Assembly: GCA_045656345.1 (NCBI GenBank)
Contig: JAZOQZ010000002.1
Span: forward strand, 16,260 to 48,259
Length of the DNA: 32,000 nucleotides
DNA from: Clostridia bacterium
GTDB taxonomy: Bacteria; Bacillota; Clostridia; UMGS1840
Reading direction: 5' to 3'
A program made the translations under genes and the position numbers. Numbering within the stretch: position 1 is the stretch's first letter; every line of letters starts with the position of its first letter. Below are positions 15,191-23,533 of the stretch, in pieces. The notes below the pieces were generated by a model. That model searched no databases, was not told where the DNA came from, and saw only the letters and a program-made list of their open reading frames with translations.

Positions 15191-18037
15191 ATGAAACTGT
15201 CTAAAGTTTTATCCTTAGTATTAGCAGTTGTTATGCTGTTCGGCATGCAGACTTTCGCATTCACCGACGTTGCAGCTACTGCTAACTACGCAGAAGCTGT
15301 TCAGGTTCTGTCCGCTTTAGAAATCATCAATGGTTATGAAGACGGCACTTTCAAACCTGAAGGCAAAATCACTAGAGCAGAATATGCTGCAATCGTTTGC
15401 AGAATTCTGGACATGGGCGATGCAGGCGCTAACCAGGTTGGCGGCTACTTCACCGACGTTGAAGCTGACCACTGGGCATCCGGTTACATTGCAACCGCTT
15501 CTCAGTTAGGTATCGTTAACGGTATGGGCGATGGTACTTTCGCTCCTTCCGCAGAAGTTACCTACGAACAGGCTGTTGCTATGTTAGTTCGTGCACTGGG
15601 TTATGAAAGAAAAGCTCAGTCTATGGGCGGTTACCCCACCGGTTACATGATGATTGCTAACCAGGAATCCATCACCGTTGGTACTGCTAACACCGCTGGC
15701 GGCGCTTCCAGAGCAACCGTTGCAAGATTAACTTACAACTCTCTGACCGTTCCCATGATGGACCAGACTTCTTGGGGTTCTGATGAAAAATTCGAACCCA
15801 TCGCTACTCAGTCTTTACTGTGGACCAAACTGAACGCAATCAAAGCTGAAGTTACTTTCAACAACATCCCCTTAAACAAAACTGAAACTGATGCTACCGT
15901 TACTATCGCTCCTACCAAAATGGATCAGGTTGCTCAGGCTAACTACAACAAAGCTCCTTTCGCAATTCCCTCCAGCGTTAAAATCAATGATGTTGATTTA
16001 ACCGGTTTACAGGGCTTAGTTGCTACCGCTATCATCGACAAAGCTGATGATGCTGAATGGAAACTGGTTACCGTTGTTGCTAAAGCTGGCAAAAACGTTG
16101 AAATCGAAGTTGATCCTGCATTATTACAGGAAACCGTTTACACCGATGGTTCCATCGAATACAAAAAAACCGCTGATGACGACAGAAACAGCAAAATCAA
16201 AGTTCCTACCGGCGGCTTAACTGTTTACAAAAACTTAGTTTACGGTGCTTGGTCCGACGTTGATGCTTTAGGTGCTGACGCAACTGACGTTGCTTACAGA
16301 TTTGTTGATACCGATAACAACGGCGAATACGAAACCGTATTTATTGACAACGTGGGCGTATTTATGGTTGGTTCTGTAAATACCAAAAACTTCAAAATCC
16401 AGAGAGAAACCACCAATGCTAACGCTCAGGCTACCTACACTTCCAGCATCGTTTTAGATCCTGAAGTTGAAACCACTGCTTGGTCCTTAACCGACGCTGA
16501 AGGTAATGCTTTAGAATTAGCAGACATCAAAGCAGGTGACGTTTTAGCTGTTGCAGTATCCTTTGACAGCCCCGACACCTACTATGAAATCGTTGTTACC
16601 AACAACACTATCGAAGGCACTGTAACTCAGTCTTACACTGAAAATGGTGACACCTACTACACCATCGGCGATGCTGATTACACCATGCTGACCACCGGTA
16701 CCTTAAATCCCGGTGATGCTATCACTGCTACCGTATATGGCGACAAAATCGTTTGCTACGATGTAGCTGAAGGCGTTAAAAACTACGGTGTTGTTATCGC
16801 TAACAACGTTGCTTCTGACTTCGGTACCACTTACCAGGCTCAGATCTTAACCATGGCTGGTGAAATCGTTACCTTAGACTTAGCTGACAAAGTAAACGGT
16901 GCAGATTACACCGGTACTAACTTCGCTACTGACTTCGCTAAAGACAACATCATTGCTTACAACTTAAACAATGCTGGCGAAATCAAAGCTTTCGAAGTAG
17001 CTGACAAAGATGTTACCGTTGGTACCATCGTTGGTGACTTTACTCCTGCTGCTACCACCGTATCCGGTGATGACAAAGCAGTTTATGCTACTGGTAAATC
17101 CTACTACGATACTCGTGAAAAATTAGACAACTTATACATCACTGACGATACTGTTGTTGTAATCACTGAAAATGCTTACGGTGCTAACAACAAAGCTGAT
17201 TACGCTGTTTCTTCCAAAGCTATCTTTGATGAAACCGAAACCTATGATTTCTTCGCAGTATACAATGATGCAAAAGAAGCTAAATTCGTTGTTCTGTATC
17301 AGGAAATGAACAATGTTAACATGAGCGGCTATCCCCTGGTTGTAACCAAAGTTTCTACTGTAACCGTTGATAACGACTACAGAACCAAATTAGTTGGTTA
17401 CATCGATGGCGAAGAAGTTGAATTAGTAACTGCTGAAGGCGTAAGCAGAACCTTATTAGCTGCTAACGATATCGCTATGATCGCTACCAATGCTGACGGC
17501 GAAATCACCGCTGCTACTATCTTAGCTAAATACGTTGACAGTGTTGGTTACAAAGTTGTTGACAACTCTGCTAACGCTGCAGCTGATGACAAATTAAGCA
17601 AAGCTGGTACCGAACAGACCATCGCGTTTGCTCCTACCTTCAACACTGCTAACCTGGACACCTTCTTCAGTGCTGGTGCTACCGATGCAGAAACCTTAAA
17701 AGGTTTTGGTATCGCTGGTAAAGTATTTGAAATCAAAGGTAAAACTCTGAACTTAGTTCAGGCAGATGATTACGCTCTGACCTTATCCGGTACCGATAGA
17801 TTCTACGGTGCTAACGATGCGTACATCACTGACTTCACCTTCAATCCTGCTGCTAACGCTTACATCTACAATGTAAGAACCGGCAAAATCACCGTTGATA
17901 CCATCGGCGATGTAGATACTGAAAAGAGCACCAACGACTACCAGGATGCTACTCAGTTATTCAACGATGACGCTGTATACGTATACAACTACGACGGCGA
18001 AACCAAATTAATCTTAGTTATCGACATTAACGGTTAA
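15191..18037 (+). CDS. S-layer protein (N-terminal SLH repeats plus a large Thr/Ala/Val/Asp-rich surface domain)
   Basis: Strong AGGAGG RBS and signal peptide (..MLFGMQTFA). SLH repeats FTDVAATANYAEAVQVLSALEIINGYEDGTFKPEGKITRAEY and FTDVEADHWASGYIATASQLGIVNGMGDGTF. Codon choice is strongly biased (GCT/GTT/ACC/TTA), consistent with very high expression. Confidence 0.9.
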   Translation: MKLSKVLSLVLAVVMLFGMQTFAFTDVAATANYAEAVQVLSALEIINGYEDGTFKPEGKITRAEYAAIVCRILDMGDAGANQVGGYFTDVEADHWASGYIATASQLGIVNGMGDGTFAPSAEVTYEQAVAMLVRALGYERKAQSMGGYPTGYMMIANQESITVGTANTAGGASRATVARLTYNSLTVPMMDQTSWGSDEKFEPIATQSLLWTKLNAIKAEVTFNNIPLNKTETDATVTIAPTKMDQVAQANYNKAPFAIPSSVKINDVDLTGLQGLVATAIIDKADDAEWKLVTVVAKAGKNVEIEVDPALLQETVYTDGSIEYKKTADDDRNSKIKVPTGGLTVYKNLVYGAWSDVDALGADATDVAYRFVDTDNNGEYETVFIDNVGVFMVGSVNTKNFKIQRETTNANAQATYTSSIVLDPEVETTAWSLTDAEGNALELADIKAGDVLAVAVSFDSPDTYYEIVVTNNTIEGTVTQSYTENGDTYYTIGDADYTMLTTGTLNPGDAITATVYGDKIVCYDVAEGVKNYGVVIANNVASDFGTTYQAQILTMAGEIVTLDLADKVNGADYTGTNFATDFAKDNIIAYNLNNAGEIKAFEVADKDVTVGTIVGDFTPAATTVSGDDKAVYATGKSYYDTREKLDNLYITDDTVVVITENAYGANNKADYAVSSKAIFDETETYDFFAVYNDAKEAKFVVLYQEMNNVNMSGYPLVVTKVSTVTVDNDYRTKLVGYIDGEEVELVTAEGVSRTLLAANDIAMIATNADGEITAATILAKYVDSVGYKVVDNSANAAADDKLSKAGTEQTIAFAPTFNTANLDTFFSAGATDAETLKGFGIAGKVFEIKGKTLNLVQADDYALTLSGTDRFYGANDAYITDFTFNPAANAYIYNVRTGKITVDTIGDVDTEKSTNDYQDATQLFNDDAVYVYNYDGETKLILVIDING

Positions 18038-18075
18038 TTTGAAGATTACAACTCGATTGTAATATCTAACTGATA

Positions 18076-18110
18076 AAAGGGCTGCTCCTTCGGGAGTAGC
18101 CCTTTTTGTT
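18076..18110 (+). terminator. intrinsic terminator after the S-layer gene
   Basis: GGGCTGCTCC-TTCG-GGAGTAGCCC followed by TTTTTG. Confidence 0.85.
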
Positions 18111-18144
18111 TGCTTAAAAAATGAGTCATAATCCGAAAATCACT

Positions 18145-18196
18145 CCCTCGCAGTACACAAAGTACAGCTTCGGGCAGGTCAAGGCGAAGCCTTGAT
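18145..18196. repeat. REP-like imperfect palindromic unit, copy B (core CTCGCAGTACACAAAGTACAGCTTCGGG plus hairpin TCAAGGC-GAA-GCCTTGA)
   Basis: 23 of 28 core identity to copy A. It lies between two convergent terminators. Confidence 0.55.
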
Positions 18197-18272
18197 TTGA
18201 TTTTCAAATTCTGCTCTCATTTTTCTTCGCAAGTTTTTTTGGTGGATGAGCCATAATTTGTGAACTTTCCAT

Positions 18273-18308
18273 CATGCAAAAAGCCTTCCTCTCATGGGGA
18301 AGGCTTTT
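18273..18308 (-). terminator. intrinsic (bidirectional-looking) terminator after the M14 peptidase gene
   Basis: AAAAAGCCTTCC..GGAAGGCTTTTTT hairpin flanked by A and T runs, abutting stop codon 18309-18311. Confidence 0.8.
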
Positions 18309-19130
18309 TTATAGATTTCGCACTGTTTCTATCACGGAGTCCAATATCACCTTGCAATCTTCATATACTTTGGGCAACAAACTGTGGGGAAGAGGATTCT
18401 TTCCCAAGCCTGCCTCCACGGTAAAAGCGGGTTTTCCGAATTTCTTGATAAACCAATCTTTCATTCCTCCGTGAGAGGCGGTTCCTGTGGGTTTTGCAAT
18501 GTGATAATGTGAGTTTTTTTGAAATGCGTTTAAATAACAGTTAGTTCCGATGGGAACAACCCCATCGTATTCATAATAAATTTCTTCCCCTTGAGAGTGG
18601 AACGCAATTGCCACATCAAAGGGGATTTTTTTGCACAAATCATAAATTGCTTTGGTTTCTGATTCTGAGAACGGTTCTTCACCGCCAAATTTAGTGGGGT
18701 TTGGACCCAAAATTCCTTCTTTCGCTACTGCTTTTTTTGCCAAATAAAAACCTGCATCATAGTTATGATTCAAATCCACGCCACGGTAATTGGCTTGCCA
18801 GTTGCTTTTTTCCAAAAACGGTTCGGGCGGTTTGATTCGTCCTGCCACGATTTCTGCACCGTCGGGGTTTAAGAGAGGCACCGCATAAAGGGTTATGCCG
18901 TCAAACCATGTTTCTTTGGAACGAAATAAGTATTCCATCAAAAATTCTGATAACATCGTCTCCAAACTGTGATGTCCGCAGATTGCCAACACCTTTTTGT
19001 CACCATCACCTGCTTTCACACAAAATATATTTTGTCCTAAATAGGAAGTTCCTATCGAAAAGAAGGACATCTCTTTCTGGAACACATCCAGGCGAATCAG
19101 GTCATAAATCAACTCGTGATATGCATACAT
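18309..19130 (-). CDS. M14-family zinc peptidase (gamma-D-glutamyl-diamino-acid peptidase/carboxypeptidase-like)
   Basis: Motifs GHHSLETM (HxxE), NPDG, DLNHNY and FHSQGEEIYY. I place the start at ATG 19130 (MYAYHELI..) with GGAGG 10 nt upstream, 13 codons inside the ORF-track start. Confidence 0.8.
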   Translation of the reverse strand: MYAYHELIYDLIRLDVFQKEMSFFSIGTSYLGQNIFCVKAGDGDKKVLAICGHHSLETMLSEFLMEYLFRSKETWFDGITLYAVPLLNPDGAEIVAGRIKPPEPFLEKSNWQANYRGVDLNHNYDAGFYLAKKAVAKEGILGPNPTKFGGEEPFSESETKAIYDLCKKIPFDVAIAFHSQGEEIYYEYDGVVPIGTNCYLNAFQKNSHYHIAKPTGTASHGGMKDWFIKKFGKPAFTVEAGLGKNPLPHSLLPKVYEDCKVILDSVIETVRNL

Positions 19131-19274
19131 ATATAAAAAACCTCCAATACTGTTATTATAGTTAAACAACTGCGAAGAAGCTCCCTCGTTTGAGGGAGAC
19201 TCTATAATGTAAGATAAATGAATTTAAAACAATAAAACGAAAGGCGGAAGATTTCTTCCGAAACAGGTGATGTT

Positions 19275-19733
19275 ATGTCAGACACGAAAAAAACCAATTG
19301 GCTCATTGCGATTATCACAGCGGTAACGGCAATTTTAGGTGGTTTCTTTTCTATGAATTCATCAGAATTCTATGACACCTTAGTTCGACCTCCTCTGGCA
19401 CCGCCGTCCATTGCGTTTCCTATTGTGTGGGGAATTTTGTATGTGGCAATGGCGATTTCTTTAATGCTGTTTTTCCGCAAAAATCCTGACGACACTGTTG
19501 CATTATTGCTTTATGTGGGAAATTTGGTGTTAAATGCCCTTTGGCCCCTCTTTTTCTTCACACTTCAAAATGTTGGATTAGCGCTGATTGTTCTGATTGT
19601 CATGATTTTTGTGAATCTGATCTTGTTAGGACGGCTCAGAACTGTGAAATGGGCATTTTATTTGTATCTGCCCTATCTGTTATGGCAGTTATTTGCCCTG
19701 TATCTGAATATTGCCATTTGTTTATTGAATTAA
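19275..19733 (+). CDS. tspO: TspO/MBR family tryptophan-rich sensory protein
   Basis: 152 aa with five TM segments. Motif FYDTLVRPPLAPPSIAFPIVWGILYVAMAIS and a Trp-rich C-terminal half. Confidence 0.85.
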   Translation: MSDTKKTNWLIAIITAVTAILGGFFSMNSSEFYDTLVRPPLAPPSIAFPIVWGILYVAMAISLMLFFRKNPDDTVALLLYVGNLVLNALWPLFFFTLQNVGLALIVLIVMIFVNLILLGRLRTVKWAFYLYLPYLLWQLFALYLNIAICLLN

Positions 19734-20609
19734 TAAATTAAGCATTATAAAATAACATACCGATAATATGCCGTAAATTACTCTCCAAAATAGCAATCGG
19801 AGAAAATTTATGGCATGTTTTTTATCAAAATACAACGATTGAAACAGAACCGATAACCCAGAAAATCCGCAAAAGAACACAACCATTTGTGTGGGGTAAC
19901 GCCCTGCTAATAAACAGATGCCTGTGGTGATTTCGATAAACGATGCTCCAATAGGGTAAAATGTTTGGGGCAAAGGCAAGTTTTTCAGCAACTCAATCAT
20001 CGACGAAAAAAAGCAAACAAAAAATAACAAAGAAACCATCGTTTGCGCACTCTCGCTGACCGATTCCACCAGTGCCTCCGATATTTTCTGTTTTTCTTGT
20101 TTTTTGGATGATTTTTCTTTCTGTGGCATTTTCTGATTGTTGGAAAGATTTCTTCCAGAAAAGAAAATTAAGGTCAAAGAAGCGAGTATAAAACTCAGAT
20201 AAATCAGCCACCCTTGAAGCGAGCTGTTTAATGCACCACCCAAATAAGAAACTGTGAATCCAAAACCGGGCACATTGGCAAACATGAAAAGCAACGAAAA
20301 TTCTTTTTTTGTGATGCTACCATTATCGTATGCCAAAGCTGACAGTCTTGCTCCTGTGGGATATCCGCAAACCAAAGAAGGAATCAGCAGTTCTCTTGCC
20401 GCCTCTGAGAGAAAACAGATTCTGATTTTTTTAGAAATATTGCGGAGTGCACCTGTTTTTATCAGAATTCCCGACAACACAAGATAGGGAAAAATACTGG
20501 GCACCAACACCCGTCCACCCAGTTCCAGACCGTTTGCAACGCCGCTTTTCACTGCTTGCGGAAAGAAAATAAACCAGAGAAGAAGTCCCCATCCTGTCCA
20601 TTCAGACAT
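19722..20609 (-). CDS. YlbJ-like sporulation integral membrane protein (nucleoside-recognition/Gate-domain family)
   Basis: VPSIFPYLVLSGILI and VCGYPTGARLSALAYDNGSITKKE resemble B. subtilis YlbJ. Start placed at ATG 20609 (MSEWTGW..) after AAAGGGG. It is shorter than Bacillus YlbJ. Confidence 0.65.
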   Translation of the reverse strand: MSEWTGWGLLLWFIFFPQAVKSGVANGLELGGRVLVPSIFPYLVLSGILIKTGALRNISKKIRICFLSEAARELLIPSLVCGYPTGARLSALAYDNGSITKKEFSLLFMFANVPGFGFTVSYLGGALNSSLQGWLIYLSFILASLTLIFFSGRNLSNNQKMPQKEKSSKKQEKQKISEALVESVSESAQTMVSLLFFVCFFSSMIELLKNLPLPQTFYPIGASFIEITTGICLLAGRYPTQMVVFFCGFSGLSVLFQSLYFDKKHAINFLRLLFWRVIYGILSVCYFIMLNLLIQ

Positions 20610-20690
20610 AATTTTCACCCCTTTTCCATAAAATGTTACCACATTATATGGAAATACTTGTGAGAATATACGCAGGAAGAAGGGTGAGAA

Positions 20691-21008
20691 ATGAAACGGG
20701 AAAAGATAAAACAAGTTGAAAAACCTCTGACCTCAGAGGTTACTCCCATAACACCGCCAAAAACTCTGGCGGAGAAACTTGGCATTTCGGCGGAAGTGCT
20801 GTTGGGGGAACCGAAAATTATCGTCACCGGCGATTATCTGGTGGAAATTGTGAATCACAAAGGGATTATCAGTTTTTCCGACGAGCAAATTGAGGTGAAT
20901 ACCCGAAAGTATGTTTATAAAATTTTGGGAAATTCTTTAGTGATCACGGCTCTGACCGATGAAGAAATCAGCATTTCGGGGAATGTGGCAGTTATCGAAA
21001 AACTGTAG
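20691..21008 (+). CDS. yqfC: sporulation protein YqfC (YabP/YqfC family)
   Basis: 105 aa; ..PKIIVTGDYLVEIVNHKGIISFSDEQIEV..LVITALTDEEISISG.. is typical of the family. It lies upstream of yqfD, as in Bacillus. Confidence 0.8.
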   Translation: MKREKIKQVEKPLTSEVTPITPPKTLAEKLGISAEVLLGEPKIIVTGDYLVEIVNHKGIISFSDEQIEVNTRKYVYKILGNSLVITALTDEEISISGNVAVIEKL

Positions 21009-21020
21009 GAGGTGGTTTTT

Positions 21021-22193
21021 GTGGTGCGTGTCTATCGGTTTCTAAAAGGGTATCAGTGTTATCGGGCAACCGGAATACATCTGGAGAAATTTTTGAATCT
21101 GTGTCTTTCGCATAAGCTGTACCTTTGGGATATTTGCCGAACTGACAGAAACACAGTGTTGTTTTCAGTGAGTAATCGGGGAGCACGGTTACTGAAAGAA
21201 TTTGCCGAAAAAACAGGAACTACCCTGGCAGTGCAGGAGGGAAGAGGATTGCCCACCGTTTTAAAATCACTGAAAAAAAGAACGGTTTTCCTGGTTGCTT
21301 CCGCCTGCTTTCTTGTGGGCATTTTTGTGTCTTCTTCTTTTATCTGGACAGTCACATTCGATGTTTCTGCCGGAATAGACACGGGAAAAATCAGAGACTT
21401 TCTGTCTGAAAACGGATTGGGTGTTGGAAAAATCCGAAAAACGGTGGATACCACCCATCTTTCCAATCAGATTATTAATCGTTTTCCTGAGGTGCTTTGG
21501 GCGAATGTGGAACTTTCGGGGACAAATCTTTTAGTCACACTGATTCCCAGAACAGATTCTCCCGAGATTATTCCCAAGGATACCCCCACCAATATTGTGG
21601 CAAAAAAAGACGGTTACATTAAGGAAATCGTTGCCCAAAACGGAGAAGCACTGGTCAAAGCAGGCGACACAGTGCTAAAAGATCAGATTTTAATTTCGGG
21701 CTTGATTCCAAGTCCCGCAGTGGGGACACGGTATATTCATTCTTTGGGCAACATCCGCGCAATTACCTGGGAGGAAAAAACTTTTGAAAAAAAGTTGTAT
21801 CAATATGAAAAAATTCCCACAGGGAAAGAAATAATCCGTCGTGAATTACAACTTCCGTTTTTAAAAATTCCATTGTATTTTGGGCAAAGTATTGACTTTT
21901 ATAATTATGATAGTATAATAAAAGATAGACATTTCCTGTTTATCACCTATCGGGAAACCGTTTTTTCGGAATACACCTTGCAAAAGGTGGAAAGAAGTGA
22001 AGAAGAAGCAATCAAAGAGGCCACAGACGAGTTTTTAAAAGGCCTTTCCGAACAGGGGATAGAGGATATTGTTTCGCTAAAAACAGAGTCAGCAAGGCTA
22101 TCAGAAGATTGCATTTCTGTGACGGTGTTTGCAGAATGTGAGGAAGAGCTGGGGGTATCCCGAGTGATTGAAAAGCCGGTTGACGTGCAATAA
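21021..22193 (+). CDS. yqfD: sporulation protein YqfD
   Basis: N-terminus ..YRFLKGYQCYRATGIHLEKFLNLC.., one central TM segment, about 390 aa. Conserved yqfC-yqfD-phoH order. The start is ambiguous among GTG 21012, 21021 and 21024 after AGGAGG at 21007-21012. Confidence 0.8.
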   Translation: MVRVYRFLKGYQCYRATGIHLEKFLNLCLSHKLYLWDICRTDRNTVLFSVSNRGARLLKEFAEKTGTTLAVQEGRGLPTVLKSLKKRTVFLVASACFLVGIFVSSSFIWTVTFDVSAGIDTGKIRDFLSENGLGVGKIRKTVDTTHLSNQIINRFPEVLWANVELSGTNLLVTLIPRTDSPEIIPKDTPTNIVAKKDGYIKEIVAQNGEALVKAGDTVLKDQILISGLIPSPAVGTRYIHSLGNIRAITWEEKTFEKKLYQYEKIPTGKEIIRRELQLPFLKIPLYFGQSIDFYNYDSIIKDRHFLFITYRETVFSEYTLQKVERSEEEAIKEATDEFLKGLSEQGIEDIVSLKTESARLSEDCISVTVFAECEEELGVSRVIEKPVDVQ

Positions 22194-22204
22194 AAGAGGT
22201 ATAT

Positions 22205-23191
22205 ATGGAGAAAGAAATTTTGCTTAGTTCCGTGGACGAAGCCATTCGTCTGTTCGGCAATTTCGATGAAAATATTCTGTTGATTGAAAAAGAGTTGGGT
22301 GTGAAAATTTTTCACAGAAACGGCATTGTGAAAACCAGTGGGGAAGAAGTTGCGGTAATTATGGCAACCGAAGTGTTGGAAGGACTCATTCAGCGTCTGA
22401 AATTTGAAGAATCCTTAGATGAACAGACCGTTCGCTATCTCATCAGTATGGCAAGAGAAGGGAATGTGAAGTCTGTTGCGGAAATTGGCGGAAACTGTGT
22501 TTGCGTCACTGCCAAAGGCAAACCCATCAAACCCAAAACCTTAGGGCAGAAAGCTTATGTTGAAAGCATCCAGAAAAACATTATCAATCTGGGAATTGGC
22601 CCTGCAGGGACAGGGAAAACCTATCTGGCAGTTGCCTGCGCAGTAACAGCGTTTAAAAACAAAGAAGTGTCCCGCATTATTCTCACCCGTCCCGCCATTG
22701 AAGCAGGGGAAAAACTGGGATTTTTGCCCGGAGATTTGCAGTCTAAAATTGATCCGTACTTGCGTCCCTTATACGATGCGTTATTTGATTGTTTAGGCTC
22801 TGATACCTTTAGCAAATATTCTGAAAAAGGGTTGATTGAAGTGGCTCCTCTTGCCTATATGAGAGGTAGAACTTTAGATGATTGTTTTGTGATTTTGGAT
22901 GAAGCACAGAACACCACCCCTGAACAGATGAAAATGTTTTTAACCCGTATTGGCTTTAACACGAAAGCGGTTATCACAGGGGATATCACCCAGACTGACC
23001 TGCCTTTCGGTAAAAAATCGGGATTAAAAGAAGCGGTTTCTATCCTAAAAAATATTGAAGGTATTTCGATTACCATGCTTTCTCATAAAGACGTTGTTCG
23101 TCATCCGTTGGTGCAGAAAATTATTTTGGCATACGAAAAACATGAACAGCAAAAATTAAGAAAAAGCCGTTATCAGGGCAACGAAAGATAA
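22205..23191 (+). CDS. phoH: PhoH-family ATPase
   Basis: Walker A GPAGTGKTYLAVA, ..ILDEAQNTT.. and ..ITGDITQTDLP... 328 aa. Confidence 0.93.
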   Translation: MEKEILLSSVDEAIRLFGNFDENILLIEKELGVKIFHRNGIVKTSGEEVAVIMATEVLEGLIQRLKFEESLDEQTVRYLISMAREGNVKSVAEIGGNCVCVTAKGKPIKPKTLGQKAYVESIQKNIINLGIGPAGTGKTYLAVACAVTAFKNKEVSRIILTRPAIEAGEKLGFLPGDLQSKIDPYLRPLYDALFDCLGSDTFSKYSEKGLIEVAPLAYMRGRTLDDCFVILDEAQNTTPEQMKMFLTRIGFNTKAVITGDITQTDLPFGKKSGLKEAVSILKNIEGISITMLSHKDVVRHPLVQKIILAYEKHEQQKLRKSRYQGNER

Positions 23192-23195
23192 AGAA

Positions 23196-23230
23196 AAAAC
23201 AGTCTTCCTTGGAAGACTGTTTTTATTTTC
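23196..23230 (+). terminator. intrinsic terminator after phoH
   Basis: CAGTCTTCC-TT-GGAAGACTG followed by TTTTTATTTT. Confidence 0.85.
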
Positions 23231-23232
23231 TC

Positions 23233-23261
23233 TTGACATAAAAAAAAGAATATGGTATGAT
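23233..23261 (+). promoter_or_regulatory. sigma-A promoter (extended -10) for the AbrB-like/glycosyltransferase pair
   Basis: TTGACA, 17 nt, (TGG)TATGAT. Confidence 0.65.
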
Positions 23262-23288
23262 TAATCATACTAATCATACTAATCATAC
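23262..23288 (+). repeat. three perfect tandem 9-bp units TAATCATAC at or just after the predicted transcription start; candidate operator
   Basis: TAATCATAC occurs three times. The first unit and the -10 together form the 14-bp perfect palindrome TATGATTAATCATA (23256-23269). Confidence 0.8.
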
Positions 23289-23306
23289 TGATGGGGAGGT
23301 TATACT

Positions 23307-23513
23307 ATGGATATTTTGCAAGGAAAATATGCCTGGATGGTTAAAATTGGAGAAAAGGGACAGTTTGTGATTCCCAAGCAAGCACGGGAACTGTTCGATT
23401 TGAATCCGGGGGATGAAATCATCGTGTTAGGAGATCAGGAGCACGGAATCGCCATTCTGCCCAAAGAAAAACAGCAGAATTATGTGAAACGTATTTTTAA
23501 GGATTTGAAATAG
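23307..23513 (+). CDS. AbrB/MazE/SpoVT-family DNA-binding protein
   Basis: 68 aa; ..GEKGQFVIPKQARELFDLNPGDEIIVLGDQEHGIAILP.. matches the swapped-hairpin SpoVT-AbrB domain pattern. GGGGAGG RBS. Confidence 0.75.
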   Translation: MDILQGKYAWMVKIGEKGQFVIPKQARELFDLNPGDEIIVLGDQEHGIAILPKEKQQNYVKRIFKDLK

Positions 23514-23533
23514 CGAAGGCAGGGGAACTTTGT

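Noticed and set aside
18121-18195. A small ORF (MSHNPKITPSQYTKYSFGQVKAKP) overlaps REP-like copy B, and a similar peptide frame (SAYTMYAFG) occurs in copy A.
   Set aside because: There is no RBS. Copy A has no start codon in that frame, and the frame is closed by a stop directly after the motif. The similarity is better explained at the nucleotide, palindromic level than as coding sequence.
19275-19733. TspO, a tetrapyrrole-binding protein, might be functionally linked to the B12 surface operon.
   Set aside because: It lies about 6 kb away and is separated by unrelated sporulation and phoH genes with their own terminators. It has no shared regulation signal, so adjacency is too weak to support a link.
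20610-20690. A possible sigma-E-type sporulation promoter between the ylbJ-like gene and yqfC.
   Set aside because: I found only weak partial matches (ATATAC-like) and cannot place convincing -35 and -10 elements by eye, so I did not report it as a feature.
23262-23288. Short perfect tandem repeats might be a CRISPR or minisatellite feature.
   Set aside because: There are only three contiguous 9-bp units with no spacers, sitting on a promoter. This fits an operator, not a CRISPR array. I saw no CRISPR-like repeat-spacer structure anywhere in the window.
23307-23513. The AbrB/MazE-fold protein might be the antitoxin of a toxin-antitoxin pair.
   Set aside because: The downstream partner is a 461-aa GT1 glycosyltransferase, not a MazF, PIN or other small toxin. 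No small toxin-like ORF is adjacent.
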